DNA of 64,000 nt, taken from assembly GCA_963765765.1 (NCBI GenBank), contig CAVXYC010000015.1, positions 192,001 through 256,000 on the forward strand, given 5' to 3'. Shown in pieces: positions 10,204 through 21,240 of the stretch. The notes beneath the pieces were generated by a model. That model did no database searches. It saw nothing but the letters and a program-made list of their open reading frames with translations, and was not told the origin of the DNA. A program made the position numbers and the translations under genes. The stretch's first letter is position 1, and each line of letters starts with the position of its first letter. Source of the stretch: an uncultured Chloroflexia bacterium. Lineage in GTDB: Bacteria > Chloroflexota > UBA6077 > JACCZL01.

Positions 10204-11318
10204 TGTTGTACTCCGCCTTCCGAGGAATGCTGGTCGGGCGGCACGAAGATTCGCGCGGAATGCCCGGTGCGCTGAGAATAGGTTTTGGAGATGCGCGCCC
10301 CGACGCGTGCAGCCGCGCCTGGTGACGTTAGGGCCACGATCGACCCGCCAAACCCCCCACCGGTCATGCGCGCGCCGAATACATCGACATCTCCCGCTGT
10401 CAATTCTACTAACGTATCGATCTCTGGGATAGACACTTCATAGTCGTCTCGCATCGACGCGTGCGAATCGAGGAAGAGCCGTCCGAGCTGCTCTACGTGA
10501 TTCCGCTCCATGGCGTCTACCGCCTCCAAGACCCGGGCATTCTCGGTGACCACGTGTCGCGCCCTGCCGGCCAGCGGCCTGGGCAGCGATTCAATTCGCG
10601 GAAGATCGTTTACTGAGCATTCTCGTAGGAGGTCAATCCCAAGCAGGCGACACGCTTCTTCGCATTCCGACCGTCGGCGGTTGTAATCCCCCGACGCATG
10701 GCGGTGAGTGATCCCAGAATGGATCACCAGGAGATCGGCTGCGACAGGCATCGGAACGCGGCGGTACTCCAGGCTACGGGTGTCTAAGAAGAGTGCCGAT
10801 GATGCGTCAGCAAGGCTGACCGCCATCTGGTCCATGATGCCGACTCGAGCGCCGACGAAGTCGTTTTCAGCCGTTTGTCCGAGCCTGGCGAGCTCAACGT
10901 CACTGAGATTCAGCTCAAATGCTTCGCGTAGCGCTCGGAGAAGGGCGATCTCCAGGGCGGCGCTTGAGGACAGCCCACTGCCAGTCGGCACGGTGGAGTA
11001 GATCCGTGCATCGAAGCCGTTGATTTCGCATCCCGCTACTTCGAGCGCCCGAGTGACGCCCTGAATGTAGTCCAGCCACGATCGAGTCTGGAGCTCCTCT
11101 CCAAGCGTGTATTCGAGGTCGCGAGAGTCTCTGGAGTGAGTGACGCTCCAGACTCGGACCAGGCGATCCCGACGCCGCACCAGCTCAACCCGCGTCGTTT
11201 GCGGGATTGTTGTGGGCAGCACGAATCCGCCGTTGTAGTCCGTGTGCTCGCCAATCAAGTTGACGCGACCTGGCGCTTCACCGATGGCCGTGTCGTGCCG
11301 ATTCGCATCCTGCTGCAT
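10200..11318 (-). CDS. galK: Galactokinase
   Basis: APGRVNLIGEHTDYN, PTGSGLSSSAA, GIMDQ, GARMTGGGFGG. Confidence 0.95.
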   Translation of the reverse strand: MQQDANRHDTAIGEAPGRVNLIGEHTDYNGGFVLPTTIPQTTRVELVRRRDRLVRVWSVTHSRDSRDLEYTLGEELQTRSWLDYIQGVTRALEVAGCEINGFDARIYSTVPTGSGLSSSAALEIALLRALREAFELNLSDVELARLGQTAENDFVGARVGIMDQMAVSLADASSALFLDTRSLEYRRVPMPVAADLLVIHSGITHRHASGDYNRRRSECEEACRLLGIDLLRECSVNDLPRIESLPRPLAGRARHVVTENARVLEAVDAMERNHVEQLGRLFLDSHASMRDDYEVSIPEIDTLVELTAGDVDVFGARMTGGGFGGSIVALTSPGAAARVGARISKTYSQRTGHSARIFVPPDQHSSEGGVQQ

Positions 11319-11394
11319 AGTGCCTCTGCTTCAGATTACCGCACGGCTACCGCGCTGGCTCACTGTCCATCGGCTTCGGCGCTTGCAATTGCCC

Positions 11395-11410
11395 TGGCAT
11401 GCGTCGTGCA
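11395..11410 (+). promoter_or_regulatory. Sigma54-like promoter facing the GT-glf operon
   Basis: TGGCATGCGTCGTGCA (GG-N10-GC). Now separated from its first gene by the IS remnant. Confidence 0.45.
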
Positions 11411-11429
11411 AAGGCGGGCCTCGGCCCCG

Positions 11430-11945
11430 CAGGGTCTCGCATCTGGTGGCCGCCTTCGCGCCTCGGGATGGGCAGGTGCTGGGCCAAAAAGGGGGACGCT
11501 GAAGGAGCACGAGCTGCGCCTGGCGGAGGCGCTGTTGGCCGATCTCGACCTCCACGGCGTCACGGTCACCGGTGACGCCCAATTTTGCCAGCGTGCCCTG
11601 AGTCATCAGGTGGTCGCGGCGGGCGGCGCGTATTTCTGGGCGGTCAAAGACAACCAGCACCGGCTCCTGGAAGCGTTGGTGGCGCTGTTTACCCTGGAGC
11701 CCCCACCCGGTGTGACGTTCGCTCGGGCGGTGCAGCGCGGCCGGCACGGCGATCGGCAGGAAGAGCGCACGCTGCGGACATCGACGCTCCTGAACGACTA
11801 CCTCGATTGGCCGCATGTGGCTCAGGTCTGCACCATTGAACGGGTCGTCACGCGGCACGGGCGGACCACCCGGGAAGCCGGGTATGCGCTCACGAGTCTC
11901 CACCCGGATCAGGCCGACGCCACCAGCCTGGCCGCCCTTTGGCGG
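11430..11945 (+). mobile_element. Internally deleted copy of the ISAs1-family element
   Basis: 11441-11945 is nearly identical to 52089-52592. Starts with cagggtct (first 8 bp of the TIR). Flanked by a 10-bp direct repeat ctcggccccg (11420-11429 / 11946-11955). Confidence 0.9.
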
Positions 11946-12021
11946 CTCGGCCCCGCCAGGGGATTGCGGGGCGCGTGCTCTTACCTCCCCGTGCGTACAT
12001 GGAAAAGTTCGTGAGGGTAAT

Positions 12022-13268
12022 GTGCACAAAGATTTCGATATCGTCTGTCTCTCCCATCTGCGATGGGATTTTGTGTATCAGCGACCGCAGCACCTCCTGA
12101 GTCGATGCGCCCGGGAGCGACGGGTTCTGTTCATCGAGGAGCCCGTGCTGACCGATGGCGAATCCGCATGGAGAGTGACGCCACGTAGCGACAACCTTAC
12201 CGTTGCCGTACCAGACCTCTCGTTCGCGGATTTCAACGGCAATCAAGACGCGGTAGTCGCGGGAATGATCGACCGTCTCTTCGCCGAGCAACAAATCTCG
12301 CGCTACGTGCTCTGGTACTACACGCCGATGGCGGTAGCGCTGACTCGTCATCTGATGCCCGTCGCCTCGGTCTATGACTGCATGGACGAGCTGTCAGCCT
12401 TTGCCGGCGCGTCGCCCATCATCCGACTTCGAGAAGCCGAGTTATTCGAGTCCGCCGACATCGTATTCACGGGCGGTCAGAGCTTGTATGAGAGCAAGCG
12501 TCGGTTGCATAGCAATGTTCATGTCTTCCCAAGCAGCGTCGATGTCGCTCATTTTGGTCAGGCTCGCGATTGGGCCGATGAGCCTGCAGACCAGGCACAA
12601 ATCCCAGGCCCGCGTCTCGGGTTTTTCGGAGTCATCGATGAGCGTCTCGATCGGGAGCTGATTGACGGTGTGGCCGCCGCGCGGCCTGACTGGCAGTTTG
12701 TCATGTTGGGGCCCGTGGTCAAGATCGATCCATCGCAGCTCCCAGTCGTCCGAATATCCATTTCCTGGGAGCGAAGGACTACAAAGACCTCCCCAGCTAC
12801 CTGGCGGGCTGGGACGTGGCGCTCCTTCCGTTTGCGCGGAATGAGTCGACGCGATTTATCAGCCCCACCAAGACCCCCGAATATCTCGCCGCCGGCTGCC
12901 CGGTAGTCTCTACGTCAATCCGAGATGTCGTTCGACCCTACGGCGAGATGCGACTCGTGCACATCGCCGATAACGTGAATACGTTCGTCGCAGCAGCCGA
13001 GCAGGCGATGCGGGCGGATAGGGCGGCGCTGCGGACACGGGTGGACGCGTTTCTCGACGGCAATTCCTGGGACGCTACCTGGGCGCAGATGCGTGCCGTC
13101 ATCGAATTGGAGATCGGTATCAACGCCCCCGCGCGTCTCGCTGATGCGACTTCACCGAGCTCCGAGCTTGCAGCTAGTCAGCTCAGAGTCCCGAGGGAGC
13201 TAATGCCTATCAGCATTGCACTCGGAACTCCGAGCAATCGTTTACCGAAGACTGCGCACCAGAGATAG
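12022..13268 (+). CDS. GT-B glycosyltransferase of the glf-associated type, frameshift near 12750
   Basis: SHLRWDFVYQRPQHL, WYYTPMA, YDCMDELSAF, GFFGVIDERLD. Continues as LLPFARNESTRFISPTKTPEYLAAG. Confidence 0.88.
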
Positions 13269-13280
13269 AAGGATCACAAT

Positions 13281-14499
13281 TTGTTCGATTACATGATCGT
13301 TGGCGCTGGATTTGCTGGAAGCGTCATTGCGGAGCGGCTAGCCGAGGGATTGAACCAGAAAGTCCTCCTTGTTGATCGGCGCCCGCACGTTGGTGGAAAC
13401 GCATATGACTGCTACGACGACCACGGTGTGCTCATCCACAAATATGGCCCCCACATTTTTCACACTAATTCTGCTGACGTGTTCGATTACCTATCGCGGT
13501 TCACGGAATGGCGCCAATACCAGCATCGGGTCCAGGCCAGCGTTGACGGGCAGCTCGTCCCAATGCCCATCAACCTGGACACGATCAATCAGCTTTACGG
13601 ACTCAGTTTAAATTCCCTTCAGCTCGATGAATTCCTTGCTTCGGTCGCGGAGCCGAGGTCGGAGATTCGGACATCAGAGGATGTCGTCGTAAGCAAAGTC
13701 GGGCGCGAGCTGTATGAGAAGTTCTTCAGGAACTACACGCGGAAGCAGTGGGGGATTGATCCTTCCGAGCTCGACGCGTCAGTTACGGCCCGCGTGCCTA
13801 CGCGGAATAACCGTGACGATAGGTACTTTACCGATCGATATCAGGCGATGCCTCTGCACGGGTACACCCGGATGTTCCGAACGCATGATCGATCATCCCA
13901 ACATCAAAGTCATGTTGAACGTCGATTATCGGGAGATCAAACAGATTATTCCTTTCCGACAGATGATCTATACGGGACCGGTGGATGAGTACTTCGACTT
14001 TCGATTCGGGAAGCTGCCGTATCGGTCGATAGATTTCCGATTCGAAACGCATGACCGACCGGTGTATCAGCCAGTGGCGGTAGTGAACTATCCGAATGAA
14101 TACGCGTACACCCGAATCACTGAGTTCAAGTATCTGACCGGCCAGGCGCATGCGAAGACCACTGTGGTCTACGAGTATCCGACTTCGGAAGGTGATCCCT
14201 ACTATCCCGTCCCGAAGCCCGAGAACGCCGAGCTGTACAAGCGGTACTCAGCACTCGCGGAGGCGACGCCAAGCGTTCACTTTGTAGGCCGTCTCGCTAC
14301 GTACAAGTACTACAACATGGATCAGGTGGTGGCGCAGGCGCTGGCCACCTACGATCGCATTCGGGGTGCTCGCAAGCTCACTGTCGCGAGTGACGACTCA
14401 ATGAAGATCTTGGCTGACGCGGCAGCGCGGACTCCCGACGGGGATCCTCGAGGTAAGCCGCTGGCTGCTGCTACTGGATCCGCTGGGAACCGAAACTGA
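13281..14499 (+). CDS. glf: UDP-galactopyranose mutase, frameshift near 13877
   Basis: IVGAGFAG, HKYGPHIFHTN, YTRKQWG, YFTDRYQAMP. Continues LPYRS, TRITEFK, GDPYYP, GRLATYKYYNMDQ. Confidence 0.95.
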
Positions 14500-14501
14500 C
14501 C

Positions 14502-16748
14502 GTGGCATCGAATTATTTCAGTGAGCCGCCTTCTGAGCTCCACCTGTGGGCCGGATTCGAGTGCACCGTTGCTAGGCTGGGTGACCGCTACGTTGACCAG
14601 TTAGAGCTAAGCGGCCACGCTTCCCGCCTGGACGATCTCAACATGCTCGCTGAACTTGGTGCTCGAGCAGTGCGCTATCCGGTTATTTGGGAGCGAACCG
14701 CTCCGGCTCACATAGAGGATGCGGACTGGACGTGGTCCGATGAGCGTTTGTCGCGATTGCGCACACTCGGGATCGAGCCGATCGTCGGACTCGTCCACCA
14801 CGGCAGCGGCCCTCCAGATACCAGCCTCATAGACCCGCAATTTCCGGAGCGTGTCGCGCACTACGCTCGCGCGGTGGCCGAGCGATATCCATGGATTCAG
14901 GGCTGGACTCCGATCAACGAGCCGCTTACAACCGCGCGATTCAGTGGTCTATACGGCCACTGGTACCCGCACGGCTGCGACTACCGAACGTTTTTGCGCG
15001 CGCTTCTGAACCAATGCAGGGCGGTCGTCCTGGCCATGGAAGAGATCCGCGCGGTCAATCCGGATGCGCAGCTCGTGCAGACGGACGATCTTGGAAAGGC
15101 GTTTGGCACCGACGTGCTGCAGTACCAGGTTGATTTCGAGAACGAGCGCCGTTGGCTTTCGTTCGACCTGTTGTGCGGTCGGCTCTCGGAGAACCATCAT
15201 CTCCGGAACTTCGTCGTGGACCACGGTGCAACGCCGGATGAGCTCGAGTGGTTCCAAAAGCACGCCTGTCCACCAAACATCCTTGGTATCAATCATTATC
15301 TCAGCAGCGAGCGGTTTCTGGACGAGCGACTCGATAGGTATCCTCCGGATGCCTGGGGCGGCAACGGTCAGCATGAGTACGCGGACGTTCTCGCCGCGCG
15401 AGTGCTGTCCTTGGGCCCAGCCGGGCCGCGCACGTTGCTCGGCGAAGCGTGGGATCGTTACGGGATTCCATTGGCTATCACCGAGGCCCACAACGGATGT
15501 ACGCGCGAAGAGCAAATTCGCTGGCTGATGGAGATCTGGACGGCGGCAGAAGACGCTCGGCACGCTGGGATCGACATGCGCGCTGTGACTGCATGGTCGC
15601 TGCTTGGCGCATTTGATTGGGATACCTTGCTAACTCAGCCGGTGGAGAGCTACGAGCCAGGAGTCTTCGACTTGCGCGGACCTCGCCCGCGTCCAACCGC
15701 CGCGTTCCATGTGCTTCAAACGCTGGCCACTGGCGGCGTTCCAGAACATCCTGCCCTGGACGTGCCCGGCTGGTGGCGTCGACCAGAGCGACTTCTTTAC
15801 GGTGTCTCGGTGGAGCTTGCAGCGCGCGCGCCTGATGGTGGAGGTACTTCTAGATCCGCCGCAAGCTCCGAAGTGCGGAAGGGAGTGGAACGACCGCCAC
15901 GGGAACTAGTGATTACTGGAGCGACAGGCACACTTGGGCGCGCCTTTGCGCGCTCCTGCGAGGCGCGTGGACTGCCGTATCGACTGTTATCGCGCCAAGA
16001 TATGGACATCGCCCGCGCGAGCTCCGTGCAAGTGACGCTGCGTGACATCCGTCCCTGGGCGGTGATCAACACTGCGGGATACGTCCGGGTGGATGATGCC
16101 GAAAGTGACGCCGAGCGGTGCATGCGTGAGAATCTGCACGGGCCGACCGTTTTGGCCGAGGTGTGTCGCGATCTCGATCTCCCCCTTGTCTCGTTTTCAT
16201 CGGATCTCGTCTTTGACGGAGCTCAGAGAGAGCCATACGTCGAGACGGATCCAGCGCATCCGCTTAACGTGTATGGCACCAGCAAGCGCGCCGCAGAAGA
16301 GTCGGTTCTGGCGACCTGTCCGTCTGCTCTCATGGTGCGGACGAGCGCCTTCTTCAGCCCCTCCGACCAGTACAACTTCGTAACGCTCACCCTTCAGGCC
16401 TTGCAACGAGGGCAGCGATGTCTGGCCGCGGCGGACGCGGTCATCTCGCCGACGTATGTGCCCGACCTCGTGGAAGCTACACTCGACCTCCTCATCGACG
16501 GAGAATCGGGACTCTGGCATCTGGCTAATCCCTCGGCGGTCACCTGGGCGGAGCTGGCCAGGCTGGCCGCAAATCGGGTTGGTGTAGACGCATCCACGCT
16601 GGTGGACTGCCCAACGAGCGAGATGGGCTGGACGGCAACACGACCGCGCTACTGTGCGCTTTCGAGCGTTCGGGGCGTTCTGCTGCCGCCATTGGAACGC
16701 GCTCTCGACAGATATGCGGAGGCCTGGGCCGCTCAACGCGCAGATTGA
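14502..16748 (+). CDS. Fusion of a family 1 glycoside hydrolase-like domain and a dTDP-4-dehydrorhamnose reductase (RmlD)-like domain
   Basis: N-terminal part: WAGFECT, TPINEP (acid/base), GINHY, ITEAH (nucleophile). C-terminal part: ITGATGTLG, SSDLVFDG, YGTSK. Confidence 0.85.
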   Translation: MASNYFSEPPSELHLWAGFECTVARLGDRYVDQLELSGHASRLDDLNMLAELGARAVRYPVIWERTAPAHIEDADWTWSDERLSRLRTLGIEPIVGLVHHGSGPPDTSLIDPQFPERVAHYARAVAERYPWIQGWTPINEPLTTARFSGLYGHWYPHGCDYRTFLRALLNQCRAVVLAMEEIRAVNPDAQLVQTDDLGKAFGTDVLQYQVDFENERRWLSFDLLCGRLSENHHLRNFVVDHGATPDELEWFQKHACPPNILGINHYLSSERFLDERLDRYPPDAWGGNGQHEYADVLAARVLSLGPAGPRTLLGEAWDRYGIPLAITEAHNGCTREEQIRWLMEIWTAAEDARHAGIDMRAVTAWSLLGAFDWDTLLTQPVESYEPGVFDLRGPRPRPTAAFHVLQTLATGGVPEHPALDVPGWWRRPERLLYGVSVELAARAPDGGGTSRSAASSEVRKGVERPPRELVITGATGTLGRAFARSCEARGLPYRLLSRQDMDIARASSVQVTLRDIRPWAVINTAGYVRVDDAESDAERCMRENLHGPTVLAEVCRDLDLPLVSFSSDLVFDGAQREPYVETDPAHPLNVYGTSKRAAEESVLATCPSALMVRTSAFFSPSDQYNFVTLTLQALQRGQRCLAAADAVISPTYVPDLVEATLDLLIDGESGLWHLANPSAVTWAELARLAANRVGVDASTLVDCPTSEMGWTATRPRYCALSSVRGVLLPPLERALDRYAEAWAAQRAD

Positions 16749-16827
16749 GTATTCTGGTCGCTAGAGGTCTCAGGGTCTGTATCTTGGGCGGGCCCCAGGT
16801 TTCCGGAAGATACGGTTGTTAAGCGGA

Positions 16828-18656
16828 ATGCACGGTTATCCACGGCCACAGCTGCGGCGGGCGACATGGACATCGCTGAACGGTGAATGGGACTTTGCCA
16901 TCGATCACGATGCTCGCTGGGAGCAGCCGTCGCAAGTCCAGTGGGAGCGCACCATCCGTGTACCCTACGCTCCTGAGACGGCCGCGAGTGGAATTCAGGA
17001 GATGGGCCTGGTCTCTGCCTGCTGGTACCACCGCGACATCGACGAGGCTGCATTGTCGGATGGTGAGCGGCTCATCTTGCACTTTGGGGCCGTCGACTAC
17101 GAGGCATGCGTCTGGTTCAATGACTGCCTCGTTGCCACGCATGAAGGCGGCTACACCCCATTTGCCGTTGACGTGACGCCGCTGTTGCGCCCGGGCAGCC
17201 AGTGCATTGTCGTGCGCGCGATTGATGACCCATTCGATCTCGCCAAACCGCGGGGGAAGCAAGATTGGCAATTGAATCCGCACGCTATCTGGTATCCGCG
17301 AACGACAGGAATCTGGCAGACGGTATGGCTTGAGAAGCTTCCCGCAACGTGGATCGACTCCTTGCAGTGGGATTGCAACCTGGAACGTTGGGAAATCGGC
17401 CTGGCCGCCCAAGTTCGCGGACGTCACCTCCACGACTCGCTCCAGCTTCATGTGTCTCTGCGCGCGGGAGACGAGGTTCTCGCCAGCGATACCTATCGAC
17501 TCACTGGCGATCACCTCACGCGGCGCATCACACTCTCCGACCCAGGTATCGATGACTATCGGAATGAATTGCTCTGGAGTCCGCAACGGCCGACGTTGAT
17601 CGATGCACTGATCGAGGTAAGAACCCCGGACGGCACTGTGCTCGACCGTGTTCGAAGCTACACGGCGTTGCGGACTGTCGGCGTCCAGGGTGATCGATTC
17701 CTGCTCAATGGCCGACCGTACCGGCCGCGCATGGTCCTGGATCAAGGATACTGGCCGGAGTCAGGCCTCACTCCTCCAGACGATGAGGCTTTGCGACGGG
17801 ATGTCGAACTGGCCAAGAGCATGGGCTTTAACGGAGTGCGGAAACACCAGAAGATCGAGGATCCCCGTTACCTCTACTGGGCTGATCGACTGGGGCTGCT
17901 GGTCTGGGAAGAGATGCCAAGCGCTACCGCTTTACTCAGCGGTCAGTGGAGCGTCTCATCAAGGAATGGGAGGCGGCTATCGCTCGAGACCGGAGTCATC
18001 CATGCATCGTTTCCTGGGTTCCATTTAATGAATCCTGGGGCGTTCCTGACTTGCCATTCATTGCCGCGCAGCGTCACTATGTGCAGGCTCTCTACCATCT
18101 TACGCACACCTTGGACTCCGGCGCGTCCCGTGATCGGAAATGACGGCTGGGAGAGTGTCGCAACGGACATCGTTGGCATCCACGATTACGACGAGGACAC
18201 CTCGAAGATCGCGCGGCGGTACGAGACGGAGGAAGTGCTGCCGCGTCTCTTCCAACGCGAGCGCCCTGGTGGTCGCCAGCTCACGGTCGAAGGGTATCCA
18301 CATACGGGCCAGCCGATCATGATCACGGAGTTCGGTGGAATCACCTACGCCCATAATCCCGTGGGAACCTACGGTTATGCTCGAGCGACGAGTCCTGGGG
18401 ATCTCGCCGGCGCTACGCTGAGCTACTGGACACCGTGACGTCGCTTTCATTGATGGCGGGATTCTGCTACACGCAGTTTGCGGATACTTACCAGGAAGCC
18501 AATGGTCTGCTCTACGCGGACCGTACACCCAAGTTCCCCCTCCACGAGATGTCCCAGTCTACGCGCGGCCACCGAACGGCGCACGAGCGCTTCGTCGAAC
18601 GTGATTGGGATACTCAGCTTCTTCGGATTCGGCTCGACGATGGAGAGCGAGTGTAA
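16828..18656 (+). CDS. Glycoside hydrolase family 2 (beta-galactosidase/glucuronidase-like), three frameshifts
   Basis: [68 protein letters not shown]. Confidence 0.88.
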
Positions 18657-18812
18657 GCGCCTACGTCACGCCCGACTAACGTCAAATTAAGGCAAAGGCG
18701 CGCAACGTAGCACGGGCCCTTGTGCCCAATGCCTTGGGAACCCCAATCGTCGGTTCACGCATTCAAGGCACACGGCACAAGGCGCCGTGCTACGTTGCCA
18801 CAATATCTGGTG

Positions 18813-18828
18813 GGGCACGAGTCCTGCA
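18813..18828 (+). promoter_or_regulatory. Sigma54-like promoter
   Basis: GGGCACGAGTCCTGCA upstream of RBS ggaga and GTG 18866. Confidence 0.45.
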
Positions 18829-18865
18829 GTGCCAGGCCGCGGCTGATCCCGCGCCGGAGATAGAA

Positions 18866-19708
18866 GTGGCTCGAGCACAACGTGCATCCGTTGGCACTGT
18901 GGTCAATCGACCCATCGATGAGAACTCCATTACGTTCATTGGTACCGCCACAGTTCTTGTCCGCATCCAAGGCTTCACCGTCCTGACCGATCCTAATTTT
19001 CTTCATCGCGGCCAGCACGCGCGTCTGGACTACGGCCTCCGATCTCGCAGGAGGACCGAGCCGGCTATGCAGATCGGTCAACTACCGCCGCTCGATCTCA
19101 TCGTTCTCTCCCACTTTCATGAAGACCACTTTGACCGGATTGCCGAACGCGGACTGGATCGTTCGACGCCAATCGTGACAACTCCTCACGCCGCGGCGGA
19201 GCTCGACAAGCGAGGCTTTGCCGCAACGCAAGGCATTGAGCGGTGGCAGTCGTTTGAAGTGGAAAAGGGAGAGCTTCGACTGCGGATCACCGCCGCCCCT
19301 GCTCAGCATGGTCCGCGTCTCGTCTCGAAACTGTTGCCGGAAACGATGGGCAGCGTCTGGGAGCTTTATCGGGGCCCGAGCCTGGATGGACCGCGCCTCT
19401 ACGTCAGCGGAGATACCTTAATGCACGAGGACATTGGCGATATCCCGCGCCAATTCCCCGATGTGGATCTTGCACTGGTGCATCTCGGTGGTACGCGGAT
19501 CTTCGGCGTGCTTCTCACCATGGATGGCAAACAGGGTGTTGAGCTGATCAAGACCGTCCGGCCGAAACTCTCGATCCCCATTCACTATGACGACTACACA
19601 GTCTTCAAGTCGCCCCTCAGAGACTTCCAGTACCAGGTAGAAACCGCTGGCCTTATGGGGCAGGTGCAATATTTACAGCGCGGAGAGTCGTTCCAGCTTC
19701 GCACTTGA
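18866..19708 (+). CDS. MBL-fold metallo-hydrolase
   Basis: TFIGTATV, LTDPNF, LSHFHEDHFD (HxHxDH), YVSGDT, IPIHYDDY. Confidence 0.85.
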   Translation: MARAQRASVGTVVNRPIDENSITFIGTATVLVRIQGFTVLTDPNFLHRGQHARLDYGLRSRRRTEPAMQIGQLPPLDLIVLSHFHEDHFDRIAERGLDRSTPIVTTPHAAAELDKRGFAATQGIERWQSFEVEKGELRLRITAAPAQHGPRLVSKLLPETMGSVWELYRGPSLDGPRLYVSGDTLMHEDIGDIPRQFPDVDLALVHLGGTRIFGVLLTMDGKQGVELIKTVRPKLSIPIHYDDYTVFKSPLRDFQYQVETAGLMGQVQYLQRGESFQLRT

Positions 19709-19767
19709 TCATTTGAGCCGTCAATCGCGCGGCTCTGGATTGAAACCCCGGGAGGCTTACGGCGAGT

Positions 19768-20053
19768 CTAGCCGTTTCGTACGTGCTCGCTGGAGCAGAT
19801 CGGGCACCAGTGCTCATCAGCGTCGAAATCAAATCGGCTGCCACGGTCTCCGGCCATAACCTCGTGGTTAGGCTTCACGCGTAGGGCGTCGTCCGCATCG
19901 GCGCTGGGCGCGCCCGCCTTCCCAATGCGGAGCTGCTGGGCGCGGGCAACGCGCGGTTCGAGATCGATGCCCAGACCAGTCAAGGCCCCCAACCGCGGTG
20001 CTGACAAGTGTGCTGCCGGACTGACGAAAGAATGAGCGTCGCGAAACCGCCAT
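19768..20053 (-). pseudogene. Remnant of a Tat-signal (FdnG-like) N-terminus
   Basis: RBS ggagg, then MAVSRRSFFRQSGSTLVSTAVG / ALTGLGIDLEPRVARAQQLRI across one frameshift. Similarity is lost afterwards. Confidence 0.5.
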
Positions 20054-20147
20054 GCGGTTCCTCCAGGCCTGGATCGTGGGGCGGCCCTGCAGAAGCCCTG
20101 CCAGGGAGGACCTGGATTGACAGTTGTTTGCAAGCGCCTAGTCGATC

Positions 20148-20242
20148 TCCGAGCCGCGACCGTGAGCGAGCGGTTCCTTTCCGAGAGCATCTCTACTGCG
20201 CGATCTCTGGAGGGAACCGCTCGCTCACGGTCGCGGCTCGGA
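20148..20242. repeat. REP-like palindromic element
   Basis: Perfect 30-bp inverted repeat tccgagccgcgaccgtgagcgagcggttcc (20148-20177 / 20213-20242). Confidence 0.85.
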
Positions 20243-20259
20243 AGTTCCTTGGGGAGGGG

Positions 20260-20611
20260 CTAAAACACGTCGTCGCGCTCGCCGGACGCAAACTCGGCGG
20301 TGCGGGAGTCAAGCTCTACCGCCGGCACAAGCCCTTTGCGATCCAAGAGCCTCTCGAATGCGGCGAGCCAACGCTCGTAGTAAGTTGATTCGCTGGCCTG
20401 TTGGTCAGCCTCAGCGATCTCGGCGATGAGCTGCTGTCGAAAGTCTTCCCAATCGAGCTGATGACCCTCGCTCATGGCCACGGCCATGCCGAAGATCCGC
20501 CCCTCCCAGGCTTCGTTGAACACGAGCTCGCCGTTCTTGCGGGGCAAGCGCGGCGGATCCATCCATGTCGGCGATTTGACGGTCCGGTTCTTCCGACAGT
20601 TCGACGCTCAG
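20260..20611 (-). CDS. Nitrile hydratase accessory/activator protein
   Basis: LPRKNGELVFNEAWEGRIFGMAV, YYERWLAAFERLL. The N-terminus (IADMDGSAA) is in another frame; start approximate. Confidence 0.85.
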
Positions 20612-21222
20612 ACGGTGGCGGGCTCGAGCGCGCGCGCTACGCCAATCATCGAATCGCGAGTGACGAGCGTGGCAAGCTGCTCTTCCGTCCAGCCCTCGGT
20701 TCCAGCGGGTCGCTCTGGAAGCACCAGATAGCGAAGCTCCGAGCTACTGTCCCAGACGCGGACTTCAACAGACTCGGGAACTTCTGTTCCGAATTCCGAA
20801 AGAACAGCTCGGGGTTCGATGACCGCTCTTGAGCGATATTCGAAGGACTTGTACCAGGTAGGTGGAAGGCCGATGAGCGCACTTGGATAACAAGAGCAGA
20901 GCGTGCACACCACCATATTGTGGATATCTGGAGTGTTCTCGATGACCTGTAGGTGCACGCCGCCAAATCCCATCTCGCCGATGGTGGCCGTACCGTCCTC
21001 CAGCAACCGCTTCTTGAACTCGGGGTCTGCCCAGGCACGGGCGATCACGCGTGCGCCGTTGTGTGGTCCAATGTCGTCTTCGTACATCGTGACGATGCGA
21101 TCCACGACATCACTGGTCATGAGCCCTTTCTCGATGAGCAGCGATTCGAGGGCTCGGACTCGGATGGAGGTCGGAGATTCTGGCTCCAGGTGGTGGGAGT
21201 GGTCGTGATCGTGAGTTGTCAT
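20608..21222 (-). CDS. nthA: Nitrile hydratase alpha subunit, cobalt type
   Basis: His-rich N-terminus, VRALESLL, metal motif VVCTLCSCYP (Thr/Tyr form = Co type), YLVLPERPAGT. Confidence 0.95.
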   Translation of the reverse strand: MTTHDHDHSHHLEPESPTSIRVRALESLLIEKGLMTSDVVDRIVTMYEDDIGPHNGARVIARAWADPEFKKRLLEDGTATIGEMGFGGVHLQVIENTPDIHNMVVCTLCSCYPSALIGLPPTWYKSFEYRSRAVIEPRAVLSEFGTEVPESVEVRVWDSSSELRYLVLPERPAGTEGWTEEQLATLVTRDSMIGVARALEPATV

Positions 21223-21240
21223 GAGCTTAATACCTTCGAA

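Noticed and set aside
11136-12014. 292-aa ORF as an independent gene
   Set aside because: It is a chimera of antisense galK, intergenic DNA and the IS remnant frame.
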